64,000 nt of DNA from the NCBI GenBank assembly GCA_947625505.1, contig CANQON010000004.1:23498-87497 (forward strand). The letters are read 5' to 3'. Source of the stretch: an uncultured Bacilli bacterium (GTDB lineage Bacteria > Bacillota_I > Bacilli_A > RF39 > UBA660). The notes beneath the pieces were generated by a model, which saw only the letters and a list, made by a program, of their open reading frames with translations, made no database searches and had not been told where the DNA came from. Position numbers and translations under genes: made by a program. Each line of letters opens with the position of its first letter. The stretch's first letter is position 1. Shown piece after piece: positions 47,248 through 56,550 of this stretch.

Positions 47248-48106
47248 ATTTTATTTTTTTCTCCTTATCTTTCGTTTTTATCATATTATAAAACTGATCA
47301 ATAACATTTAATTGTTCACTATTTAAGTATTTTTTAGCTTCTTCAATTAATTCTTTAGGTACACCATAATAAGCTTCTAATATTGAACAAGTGATAGCTG
47401 CGATAGTATCACTATCTCCTCCTATTGAAATACTTTTACGGAGTCCATCTTCAAAACTATCAGCTACTAAGAAACAATATATAGCCTGAGGAACAGAATC
47501 TATAGCAGCACTTTTAAAAGTATAATTATGTCTTAAATCATCTAAATTAAATTCCAAACGATAATGATAACGAAATGATAAATAAGTCATAATTTGTTCT
47601 TTAGAAAAACCATGACGCGCTAAATAGATAGCTGAAGCAACAGTGCAAGCTGCATCTACACATTCATTATTATTATGTGTTGGTAAAGTAGATAAACGTG
47701 CTTCTTGTTCTACTTTTAGTAGTTCATCAAAAGCATAACCAATAGGTCCTACTCTCATCGCACATCCATTACCTATACTATGTCCATATTTATCTTGTTT
47801 TAACCATTCACAAAAGTTATAACTAAATCTACTTCGTCCATACTTATCAATACCAAGATTTACTTCCTCTTGTCCATAAGTTCTTAAATATTTTTCATAG
47901 TCTTTATCATGCATAATAGCGTCACCAATCGCTAATGTTAAAACAGTATCATCGGTATAAGATGAATCACTAGTAAATAATGGTGTCTTATTATCCATAA
48001 TAAGCATTCTCTCTTCATAAGAACGTTTATTATGTTCTTTTTTAGCTTTTACTTCTAATACTTCATATATTGATCCTACAATATCACCAATTATGGCTCC
48101 CCACAT
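47231..48106 (-). CDS. ADP-ribosylglycohydrolase family protein
   Basis: N-terminal WGAIIGDIVGSIYE, YTDDT and GGDSDTIAAI motifs. Start at the ATG at 48106, behind an AGGTGA RBS. Confidence 0.8.
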   Translation of the reverse strand: MWGAIIGDIVGSIYEVLEVKAKKEHNKRSYEERMLIMDNKTPLFTSDSSYTDDTVLTLAIGDAIMHDKDYEKYLRTYGQEEVNLGIDKYGRSRFSYNFCEWLKQDKYGHSIGNGCAMRVGPIGYAFDELLKVEQEARLSTLPTHNNNECVDAACTVASAIYLARHGFSKEQIMTYLSFRYHYRLEFNLDDLRHNYTFKSAAIDSVPQAIYCFLVADSFEDGLRKSISIGGDSDTIAAITCSILEAYYGVPKELIEEAKKYLNSEQLNVIDQFYNMIKTKDKEKKIKYETNS

Positions 48107-48136
48107 ATATATCACCTAATTAATTATTATAACAAA

Positions 48137-48727
48137 TTAATTATCTTTCTCATATAATTTATTCAATTTAATATATTTTAAAACATTCTTATCCATAACA
48201 TCATCCACATTAAGATTATTTTTTAATTTATCTCTAATTATCGTCGATGATAAATTATAAAGAGGAATACTTGTAATAATAATATTATCTTTATATTCTT
48301 GATACTTTTTTAATAGTTCTTTAATATTGTCTCCTTTTCTTTTAATGACTAATATTTTATAGTTATTTAAAATATCCATACCATTTTTCCATTTATCAAT
48401 GTAACTTAAATTATCTGTTCCACATATAAAATATATTTCATCATTGGGATATAATAATTTAAAATGTTCTAACGTCTCACAAGTATAAACCACATAATCT
48501 TTTAATTCAAAATTACTTACTTCCATATTAGGATTATTTTTAATCATTAACTTTATCATATCCAAACGATAATTATCTTTTAATAAATTATTTTTATATT
48601 GATATTCACTACCTGTAGGAACAAAGATTATCTTATCTACATAATCTTTATTAATTAATTCTTTAGCTATTTTTAAATGCATTTTATGAGGAGGATTAAA
48701 ACTACCTCCAAAGATACCTATACGCAT
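48137..48727 (-). CDS. nadD: nicotinate-nucleotide adenylyltransferase
   Basis: GIFGGSFNPPHKMH and ISSTIIR motifs. Confidence 0.9.
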   Translation of the reverse strand: MRIGIFGGSFNPPHKMHLKIAKELINKDYVDKIIFVPTGSEYQYKNNLLKDNYRLDMIKLMIKNNPNMEVSNFELKDYVVYTCETLEHFKLLYPNDEIYFICGTDNLSYIDKWKNGMDILNNYKILVIKRKGDNIKELLKKYQEYKDNIIITSIPLYNLSSTIIRDKLKNNLNVDDVMDKNVLKYIKLNKLYEKDN

Positions 48728-48743
48728 AATATTACTCCTTATA

Positions 48744-48783
48744 TTGTTATTAACATTATATTAAAAACATTATATATTGTCAA
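48744..48783 (-). promoter_or_regulatory. NAD promoter-operator cassette, copy 2
   Basis: Identical 27-mer at 48744-48770. TTGACA (48783-48778)-N17-TATAAT (48760-48755), palindrome 48755-48745, then an AAGGAG RBS. Confidence 0.75.
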
Positions 48784-48805
48784 GATATAAAAAAGAAAAA
48801 ACACT

Positions 48806-49894
48806 TTAGTGTTTCTTCTTACGACTTTTCTCTATTTTCTTAAGCATTTCTTTTTTGCCATTTTCTAAAACATGAATAGATTCTTGATTATGAAGAGTAT
48901 TTATTATACGCGCAATAAATTTAGAACAGTCTACTTCATGGAACCATTCACATTTTTTAATTTCTTCAGGTACATAAGATAGATTAGTTGAATATATCAT
49001 CGTAAATAATCCTTCTTCATATGCTTCTTGGAATTTTTCTGTTCCTTCAGTAAATAACGAAAAAGTAGCAATTGGAAAAATCTTTTTAGCTCCCCTTTTC
49101 TTTAGTTCTTGAGCTACATCTAGAATAGATCCTCCAGACGCTATCATATCATCAACGATTAAGATATCTTTATCTTTAACATCGCTTCCCATATAGATAT
49201 GATCAACAATCGGATTTTTGCCATTAACGACTTTACTTAGATCACGTCTTTTATAGAAGACACCGACATCACAACCTAACATTTCAGCATAATATCTAGA
49301 TCTTTCCATAGCTCCCATATCAGGACTTACAACTAATAAATTATCGATATCTTCTTTCTTAATTAAATCTTCAAGAATAATATGTGTCGGGTAAAAATTT
49401 TCAAATGGTAGATTAGGTATTGAGTTATTAACATTAACATCATGAGCATCAAAAGTTACAATATCATCTACTCCTAGATTCTGTAATTCCTGTAAAGCTA
49501 TCGCACAGTCTAAAGATTCTCTTCCTTTTCTTTTATGTTGTCTTGATTGATATAAAAGTGGCATAACAAGTGTTATTTTAGCACTATGCCCACTTGTTGC
49601 GCTAACGATACGTTTAACATCTTGGAAATGTTCATCAGGAGACATATAATGTGGCATACCATGCATCATATAATTAATACTATAATTACCTACATCACAT
49701 AAGATATATAAATCTTGACCTCTTACTGTATCATTAATCGTAACTTTGCCTTCACCATTAGAAAAACGAACATTAGATATATTAATTAAATAATCTTCTT
49801 TTTCTTTACGAATTTTTTGTAATTCTTTATTAACTTTTTCCCCTACTTCTTTAAAGTTTTCTAAAACAATTAATTTCATATTATTCTTCTTCAT
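48806..49894 (-). CDS. prs: ribose-phosphate pyrophosphokinase (long form)
   Basis: FSNGEGKV, RQHKRKGRES and the ILIVDDMIASGGSI PRPP loop. Start at the ATG at 49894, behind a GGAGG RBS. TTGACT-N17-TATATT promoter upstream, with no NAD palindrome. Confidence 0.85.
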   Translation of the reverse strand: MKKNNMKLIVLENFKEVGEKVNKELQKIRKEKEDYLINISNVRFSNGEGKVTINDTVRGQDLYILCDVGNYSINYMMHGMPHYMSPDEHFQDVKRIVSATSGHSAKITLVMPLLYQSRQHKRKGRESLDCAIALQELQNLGVDDIVTFDAHDVNVNNSIPNLPFENFYPTHIILEDLIKKEDIDNLLVVSPDMGAMERSRYYAEMLGCDVGVFYKRRDLSKVVNGKNPIVDHIYMGSDVKDKDILIVDDMIASGGSILDVAQELKKRGAKKIFPIATFSLFTEGTEKFQEAYEEGLFTMIYSTNLSYVPEEIKKCEWFHEVDCSKFIARIINTLHNQESIHVLENGKKEMLKKIEKSRKKKH

Positions 49895-50001
49895 ACTACC
49901 TCCATATACCCTATTAACTATTTTCAACTACAATATAGTAAAATTAAATATTAAAGTCAATACTTTTTAGATAAAAAGAAAAAATAACTTTTCAGTTATT
50001 T

Positions 50002-50649
50002 TTACTCAGTAATCCATAGACAATATAAGTTTTCAAAAATAGCAATATCTTCTGGTGTAAAAGTATTAACTATAGCTTCTGAAATACTTCCTCTAATAGC
50101 CATATCTTTACTATATAAACTAGTTTCAGAAACATAACTAGTCGTAAATGGTTGAAAATCTACTTTAACACAATCTTTTAATTTTTTATTAGCAGCTAAA
50201 GCGATAGCGTTTGCTTTACTTAAAGCATCCTCATAAGCAAGCTCTAAAACCTCTTTACGGCATTCTTTTTCGTCTTTAACGCCAAAGTCTACTTGACATA
50301 TTGGAGGATTATCTAATTTCGATATTTCGACCATCATACGAGCCATTTTCTCACGATCATAATCAAATTTAAGAGTAGCATCTTGATTAAAAGAAAAGCC
50401 ATCAGGATAATATTGACGTGATACTTCATCATATCTTTTTTCCTCACGAATAACAAAATTACGTGTTTTTAAATCTTCTTTAGCAAAACCTTCTTTTAAA
50501 AGTAAATTATTAACGAAATCTTGGACATGTGTTACACCTTCACTTAAAACTTCTTCATAAGTTTGTCCTTTGTATTGAAATGTTATTCGCATCTTTACTT
50601 CATCAGGCTTAACATATTTAACACCACTACCTTGTACATTTATTTCCAT
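50002..50649 (-). CDS. SIMPL (DUF541) domain protein
   Basis: INVQGSGVKYVKPDEVKMRITF start and overall pattern of SIMPL / 26-kDa periplasmic immunogenic proteins. No signal peptide seen. Confidence 0.65.
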   Translation of the reverse strand: MEINVQGSGVKYVKPDEVKMRITFQYKGQTYEEVLSEGVTHVQDFVNNLLLKEGFAKEDLKTRNFVIREEKRYDEVSRQYYPDGFSFNQDATLKFDYDREKMARMMVEISKLDNPPICQVDFGVKDEKECRKEVLELAYEDALSKANAIALAANKKLKDCVKVDFQPFTTSYVSETSLYSKDMAIRGSISEAIVNTFTPEDIAIFENLYCLWITE

Positions 50650-50698
50650 TCTATCATCTCCTATTTAATTATAACATTTAAATAAAAGAAAGAAAACG

Positions 50699-53600
50699 TT
50701 ATGCCGTCTTCTTTCTTAATTTACGAAATACGAAGATTGAAATAACTAGTCCAACAAGACATGTTACAAAAAGCATGATATATTTTATAGAATTATCTAA
50801 AGTTAATGGACTTTTTATAACTTCATTAGTAATAGTTACTGTAATATCATTGTTAACTACACCTTTATTATTTTCATATGTTGTATTATAACCATTCTTA
50901 TTAGCGTCTATTTCAATTATTTCATATTGGGTATTATATGGTAAATTAATAGTTATTTTTTGATTATTTTTTAAAGTAATATTACCTATATAAGTATCAT
51001 TTTCATCTTTTGTAAACTTGATTATTCCATCTTCAATATTAGTACCTTTATAAGCTATATTTTCTTCTAAAGGTACATCAGGATTTTCAACTAAACGAAT
51101 TTCAAAACTAAATTCTTGATCTGTTTTAGTTTCTCCTTTAACTATTTTTTCAATAGTTAAATCATAATAAGAATACTTTTTATTATAGAATTCAATAGTT
51201 GGATTTTCACCTGTTAAAGTACCTTCTAAATTACCTTTAGTTGTTGTTTTATAATCATCTTGATTTGCTTCTACTTCTTCTAATTTATATTGAACACCAT
51301 TAGGTAAATCTTTTATTGTTATAGTTTCTTTATCTTTAATTTTAATTGTTCCTTCATATTTATTTTCACTATTAGTTAAAGATAAAATACCTTTTGTTCC
51401 ATCTTCATTAATAGTTTGATAAGATGTATTTAATGTTTGATTACTTGGCGCAACTAAAGTTACTTTAATAGTCCATTCTTTATCAGTTTCACCTAAGTCA
51501 CCACTTACAAACTTCTTAATAATTAAATCATTTTGTAATACTTGTAATTTACCATTATTACCTTGATACATATTTATAACAATATTATTACCATCATTAA
51601 ATCCTGTTGTTGATTCACTAATAGAAGGTAATATATAAGATGAAGAGGTCTTAGTATTATTAGTTTCTTTAGTAACTAGTTCATCTTGCATATTACCAGC
51701 AATTAAACCACCTGGTTTAGTAGCTATAACCCAATCCGTATGTGTATCTTCTGGTTTAGTTGTACTAAAGTTTTTCCAAATATTAGCTGATGGACTATAC
51801 CAACATAGATATTCGCCAAAGCTAATATTTTGTCCACTAATACCTGTTCCAAACTCTTTTCCTTGTCTTAAAAGCGCTACATGACATATTTCTTCTTCAT
51901 TAGGCATATAATAATCTATTACAATGTAATAATATTTATTAGAATTTTCATTATCAACCTTATTTACCGTTTTATGATTTTTAATAAATGTTTTATAACT
52001 AGCATCATCAAGAATTATTTCCTTCTCTTGCTTATCTTCCGCAGTTGCTTCATATAGTATCAATGGTGTATTAGATGTAAAGTATTGATTGTCTGAACTT
52101 GGTGAGAATGATATAGTAGCATCACCATGTGTACTATTATTTATTTGTTTATTTGAAAAATAATTAGCATAGAATGAAATATATTTTTTAGAGTCAACTT
52201 CTTCGGTATTTTGAGCAATATATTCTTTAGAAACTTTAGATAAATTAATTGACCCATCAGCATTTTTTATAGCGCTATCTATTCCAACCGTATAATAAAC
52301 GCGTAATGGCGTTGCTTCCTCATATTTATCTAAGTTATCACTATAAGATATAACTTTATTATTTTCATCAATTTGTATTTCAGCAACTTCTAAAGGCAAA
52401 GCATTTCTTGGAATATTAATATATAATGTTTCATCATATGTATCATAACTACTAGTCTTTGAGTTACTATCTTCTTTACTTTCAACATACATTAAAATAC
52501 TACTTAAATTAAATGTAACATTATAGTTAGTATTACCATTTACATCTTCCATTTTATATGAAAGATTATTTTGAACATCACCATCTTGTGAAACAATTTT
52601 ATAATATTGTCTTGTATAATTATATTTTTCAGGTTTAACATCATATTCAGTAACACTGTTATCAGCATTAACAACACAATATTTTAATTTATCTTTAACA
52701 ACATTGTAGAACTTACCAAATAGGGAAACATTTTTAATTTCTTTAACTTCCATGTATTTGCCAATTGGATCTATATATGTTAAATAATCTTTAATACCTA
52801 TATCATTAACACCTGAAATTGGTTTTAAAACTTGTTCAGTTATTGTAATAAGCATATTCTTAAATACATTTGTTAATTGATCAGTATCTGTTTCCATATA
52901 TTGGTCAATATAATATACATCTTCAACTGATGTTACATCGTATTTGGCAGCATCACCTGTTGGATGATTAAATGTCCAATTAGCTTTTATTTGTTTATCT
53001 GCCCACTTATAATTACCAAATGAAAAAGTTGGAGTATTTCCTTTTAAATATTCTTCAAATGCATTGTAAGACGTTTTTAAATATTCATTATCAACATCGG
53101 CTGTAAAATATTTACGTGGATCCATTGTTGCCCTTAATTGAAACTGTGAATATTCAGATTGCGTATATACATTTAAACCAATTCCAAAGCCATACATAGA
53201 TACATCTGAACCATCAATACTATTTTTAGTATAATTATCTTCTACCCAATTTTTCATATAGCCTGCTGTTAACAAAACACTTAAAGTTCTAGGAGGCATG
53301 GTATAAACTGTTTCTTCATCTAAATGAAAATAAATTGGATTACCATTAGCTTCAGCTATATAATTTTTATAAGTATTTCCTTTTTGTTCAACAGGTAATA
53401 TAGCTTTACCATCACTACTATCTGTCCAACTTAGTGGATTCCAGAAATCAATACGTGATTTTTCATCATATTTAGCTGTACTTGTAGCACCAACAACGTT
53501 AGTTCCACCATCTGTTAAAGTAATTAAAATTGGTGTACGATTCATAGTTATATTAGTTACTGGATTGGTATATGTAGTATTTTTTTCTGTAGCAAGTAAA

Positions 53601-54376
53601 TACATTCCTTGATATAAAGCTCCTTGTAAATATGTTGAATCAGCAAACATTGGATCACTTGTTTTATTTTTTATTTTATCAGTTTCTTTAACATGAGTTG
53701 TTACTTTTGGCCATAATTTATCTCGCCCACTTACTCTATCAAGGGTTAAATAATCTTCTTGACCTTCTTCTAATTCATAATGACTTAATGGCAATAATAC
53801 TTGAGTTCCACCAGCATATACGATAATTCCTACACGGTTATTGGGATGAACATACTCAATATCATCATTATCTCCCATTAAGGTTTTAATTAAAAAGTTA
53901 GCTGATTTAATTGCTTCCGCATCAGCATAATGATCTGACATAGAGGTAGAAACATCAATTAATAAAACAACATCTAGAGGAACACTTTCTAGTCTAGATA
54001 CTCTTTTACTACTACCTAAAGCAGAATAAACATGTAAGAAATCGCTATCGTTTGTAATGGTACCAGATACACCATCTGTTTCTCTATCTAAAGTTAAAGT
54101 TGATGATGAAAGAACAGTCTTATCTGACCAAATCTTACCAGCATTTTTAGATCCTGTCTTATCATTGATAAGATAGTCTTTATAACTATCCATCGTATTA
54201 TTATCTACAATATAACTTATGTTATTATTACCTAATTCACCTGCTACATAATCGCCACTTAACTTTTTATTACTCTTACTTATATTAGCATGTTTAATAG
54301 CTAGTGGCGTTATTAATGAGCAAATGACAAGTGATAAACTAATAACTAAGGCAAGTAATTTATATTTTATCTTCAT
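50699..54376 (-). CDS. large surface adhesin-like protein: signal peptide, vWA domain, C-terminal Cna-B/SpaA-like repeats, sorting-like signal
   Basis: MKIKYKLLALVISLSLVICSL signal (start 54376). MIDAS DVVLLIDVSTSMSD. Two repeats (KKFVSGDLGETDKEWTIKVTL...YKLEEVEA..DYKTT and EKIVKGETKTDQEFSFEIRL...YEIIEIDA..GYNTT). Tail is SPLTLDN, then a TM helix, then RKLRKKTA. Confidence 0.8.
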   Translation of the reverse strand: MKIKYKLLALVISLSLVICSLITPLAIKHANISKSNKKLSGDYVAGELGNNNISYIVDNNTMDSYKDYLINDKTGSKNAGKIWSDKTVLSSSTLTLDRETDGVSGTITNDSDFLHVYSALGSSKRVSRLESVPLDVVLLIDVSTSMSDHYADAEAIKSANFLIKTLMGDNDDIEYVHPNNRVGIIVYAGGTQVLLPLSHYELEEGQEDYLTLDRVSGRDKLWPKVTTHVKETDKIKNKTSDPMFADSTYLQGALYQGMYLLATEKNTTYTNPVTNITMNRTPILITLTDGGTNVVGATSTAKYDEKSRIDFWNPLSWTDSSDGKAILPVEQKGNTYKNYIAEANGNPIYFHLDEETVYTMPPRTLSVLLTAGYMKNWVEDNYTKNSIDGSDVSMYGFGIGLNVYTQSEYSQFQLRATMDPRKYFTADVDNEYLKTSYNAFEEYLKGNTPTFSFGNYKWADKQIKANWTFNHPTGDAAKYDVTSVEDVYYIDQYMETDTDQLTNVFKNMLITITEQVLKPISGVNDIGIKDYLTYIDPIGKYMEVKEIKNVSLFGKFYNVVKDKLKYCVVNADNSVTEYDVKPEKYNYTRQYYKIVSQDGDVQNNLSYKMEDVNGNTNYNVTFNLSSILMYVESKEDSNSKTSSYDTYDETLYINIPRNALPLEVAEIQIDENNKVISYSDNLDKYEEATPLRVYYTVGIDSAIKNADGSINLSKVSKEYIAQNTEEVDSKKYISFYANYFSNKQINNSTHGDATISFSPSSDNQYFTSNTPLILYEATAEDKQEKEIILDDASYKTFIKNHKTVNKVDNENSNKYYYIVIDYYMPNEEEICHVALLRQGKEFGTGISGQNISFGEYLCWYSPSANIWKNFSTTKPEDTHTDWVIATKPGGLIAGNMQDELVTKETNNTKTSSSYILPSISESTTGFNDGNNIVINMYQGNNGKLQVLQNDLIIKKFVSGDLGETDKEWTIKVTLVAPSNQTLNTSYQTINEDGTKGILSLTNSENKYEGTIKIKDKETITIKDLPNGVQYKLEEVEANQDDYKTTTKGNLEGTLTGENPTIEFYNKKYSYYDLTIEKIVKGETKTDQEFSFEIRLVENPDVPLEENIAYKGTNIEDGIIKFTKDENDTYIGNITLKNNQKITINLPYNTQYEIIEIDANKNGYNTTYENNKGVVNNDITVTITNEVIKSPLTLDNSIKYIMLFVTCLVGLVISIFVFRKLRKKTA

Positions 54377-54407
54377 ATTCAAAATTCCTTTCACATAATG
54401 AGTATAA

Positions 54408-54518
54408 ATGTCTAAATTATGTCCCATAACAAATTTCTTTAACTATTAATGATAGAAGTAATAATAATTATTAAAGAAATATAGTGTATCTTTAGTGAAT
54501 AGAACACAATTTAGACAT
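54408..54518. repeat. nested inverted repeats in the adhesin 5' leader
   Basis: Outer 11-bp inverted repeat ATGTCTAAATT (54408-54418) / AATTTAGACAT (54508-54518). Inner 10-bp inverted repeat ATTTCTTTAA (54433-54442) / TTAAAGAAAT (54471-54480). A further 8-bp hairpin at 54528-54555. Confidence 0.8.
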
Positions 54519-54571
54519 CTAAACTACGAATAGTATTCTTTTATCTCTACTATTCAGTGTCATAATATCAT

Positions 54572-54609
54572 AAAAAAAAAAACAAGTAATATTTTCGCTA
54601 GATATACTT
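54572..54609 (-). terminator. probable nadE terminator ending in a T11 tract
   Basis: Minus strand: AAGTATAT-CTAGCGAAA-ATATTACTT (one bulge), then G and T11. Shares CAAGTAA-N10-AGATATACT with 46741-46766. Confidence 0.55.
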
Positions 54610-54628
54610 ATTTTTTAAATTTTTTATT

Positions 54629-56548
54629 TTAGATAATATCATCAAGCCAAATGCTAACATCGGCATCACTTGGCATACGAAGATCTCCTCTAGGAGATAA
54701 ACTAATTGTTCCTACTTTAGGTCCATCAGGCATACAACTTCTTTTAAATTGTTGACTAAAGAATCTCTTTAAAAAGAATGTTAACCATTTTTTAATTGTT
54801 TCTGCATCATACATATCTTTAAATGTTTTCGTAGCTATTAAATAAATTTTACTAAGTGTAGCGCCATATCTTAAGAAATGATATAAGAAGAAGTCATGAA
54901 GAATATATGGACCTACACTGTTTTCCGTTTTTTGACGAATATTTCCTTTTTTATCAGGAGGTAATAATTCAGGACTAATTGGTGTATCTAAAATATCATA
55001 AATAGTATCTTTGATATCTTCATGTGTATCAGCTATCCATTTAACTAAATATCTTACTAAGGTTTTAGGTATAGATGTATTAACAGCATACATACTCATA
55101 TGATCACCATTATAAGTACACCAACCAAGTGCTAACTCTGATAAATCACCTGTACCAATAACTAATCCTCCTTCTTTATTAGCTATATCCATTAATATTT
55201 GTGTTCTTTCTCTTGCTTGACTATTTTCATAGGTAATATCGTAATTATTTGGATCTTGTCCTATATCTTCAAAATGTTTTAAACATGATTCTTTAATATT
55301 TATTTCTTTTAAAGTAGCTCCCATATTATTTATTAAGTTAAGAGCATTCTGATAAGTTCTACTTGTTGTACCAAAGCCTGGCATTGTTACGGCAATAATA
55401 TTATCATTGGAAATATCTAATTTCTTATAAGCTTCTTTAATAACTAAAAGAGCTAAAGTAGAGTCTAATCCTCCTGATATACCAATAACTGTTTTTTTAA
55501 TACCTGTATGTTTTAATCTTTTGGCTAAGCCACATGCTTGAATATTAAATATTTCATAACAACGATTATTTCTTATTTCTTCATTACTAGGTACAAAAGG
55601 ATATGGTGTATATTCTCTTAATAAGTTATCATTAGTATCTTTAATATCAATATTTATCTTACGATATTTTAAAGTAGGTTTAATCCCCATATAACTAATA
55701 TCTTTATAACGATTATTCATTAACTTATTAATATCAATATCGGTTATAATCATATTACTATTAAAATCAAATCTTTCACTTTCTTTAATAATGGTTCCAT
55801 TCTCAGCTATAATGCTATGGCCTGAAAAGACCACATCAGTAGTTGATTCATTAACACCTGATGATGCATAAATATAAGCACTTATCGTTTTAGCAGATTG
55901 CATTCTAACTAAGTTTTGACGATATTCATATTTACCTATTATTTCATTACTAGCTGATAAATTAAAAATCATACTAGCACCATTTAAAGCATGTTCATTA
56001 CTAGGAGGATTAACACTCCATAAGTCTTCACATAATTCAACGCCAAAACAAATACTTTTATTTTCTTTATCCTGAAATAAGATATTAATACCAAAAGGTA
56101 CTTCTTCATCTAAAATATTAACTGTCTCACTAATAGCATTCGTACTAGAAGCAAACCAACGCTTTTCATAAAATTCACTATAATTAGGTATATATGTTTT
56201 AGGTATCATACCTAGTATTTTACCTTTATTAATAACTACTCCTACATTAAATAATTGATTATCTAAAGATATAGGCATACCAATAATAGCTATTATATTT
56301 AATTTAGATGTTTCTTTTAATATTAATTCTAATCCTTTTAAAGATTCATCAAGTAAAACATCTTGATGAAATAAATCATTACATGTATATCCTGTTAAAG
56401 ATAGTTCTGGTAAAGTTACGATTTGTACTCCCTTATTATTTGCTTCTTTAATTAACTTAATTATTTCTTTAACATTAAAAGATACATTACCTACTTTAAG
56501 ATTAGGTGTAATAGCTCCTACTCTTACATATCCACATTTCTTTAACAT
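54629..56548 (-). CDS. nadE: glutamine-dependent NAD+ synthetase
   Basis: N-terminal nitrilase domain (LPELSLTGY, GVELCEDLW) and a C-terminal synthetase with the SGGLDS PP-loop. 639 aa. Confidence 0.9.
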   Translation of the reverse strand: MLKKCGYVRVGAITPNLKVGNVSFNVKEIIKLIKEANNKGVQIVTLPELSLTGYTCNDLFHQDVLLDESLKGLELILKETSKLNIIAIIGMPISLDNQLFNVGVVINKGKILGMIPKTYIPNYSEFYEKRWFASSTNAISETVNILDEEVPFGINILFQDKENKSICFGVELCEDLWSVNPPSNEHALNGASMIFNLSASNEIIGKYEYRQNLVRMQSAKTISAYIYASSGVNESTTDVVFSGHSIIAENGTIIKESERFDFNSNMIITDIDINKLMNNRYKDISYMGIKPTLKYRKINIDIKDTNDNLLREYTPYPFVPSNEEIRNNRCYEIFNIQACGLAKRLKHTGIKKTVIGISGGLDSTLALLVIKEAYKKLDISNDNIIAVTMPGFGTTSRTYQNALNLINNMGATLKEINIKESCLKHFEDIGQDPNNYDITYENSQARERTQILMDIANKEGGLVIGTGDLSELALGWCTYNGDHMSMYAVNTSIPKTLVRYLVKWIADTHEDIKDTIYDILDTPISPELLPPDKKGNIRQKTENSVGPYILHDFFLYHFLRYGATLSKIYLIATKTFKDMYDAETIKKWLTFFLKRFFSQQFKRSCMPDGPKVGTISLSPRGDLRMPSDADVSIWLDDII

Positions 56549-56550
56549 AT

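Noticed and set aside
45490-54376. Pilus/sortase locus interpretation of the vWA + Cna-B protein.
   Set aside because: There is no sortase gene, no second pilin and no LPXTG or pilin motif in the window. The two surface genes are separated by NAD genes. Only the unusual shared C-terminal signal is reported.
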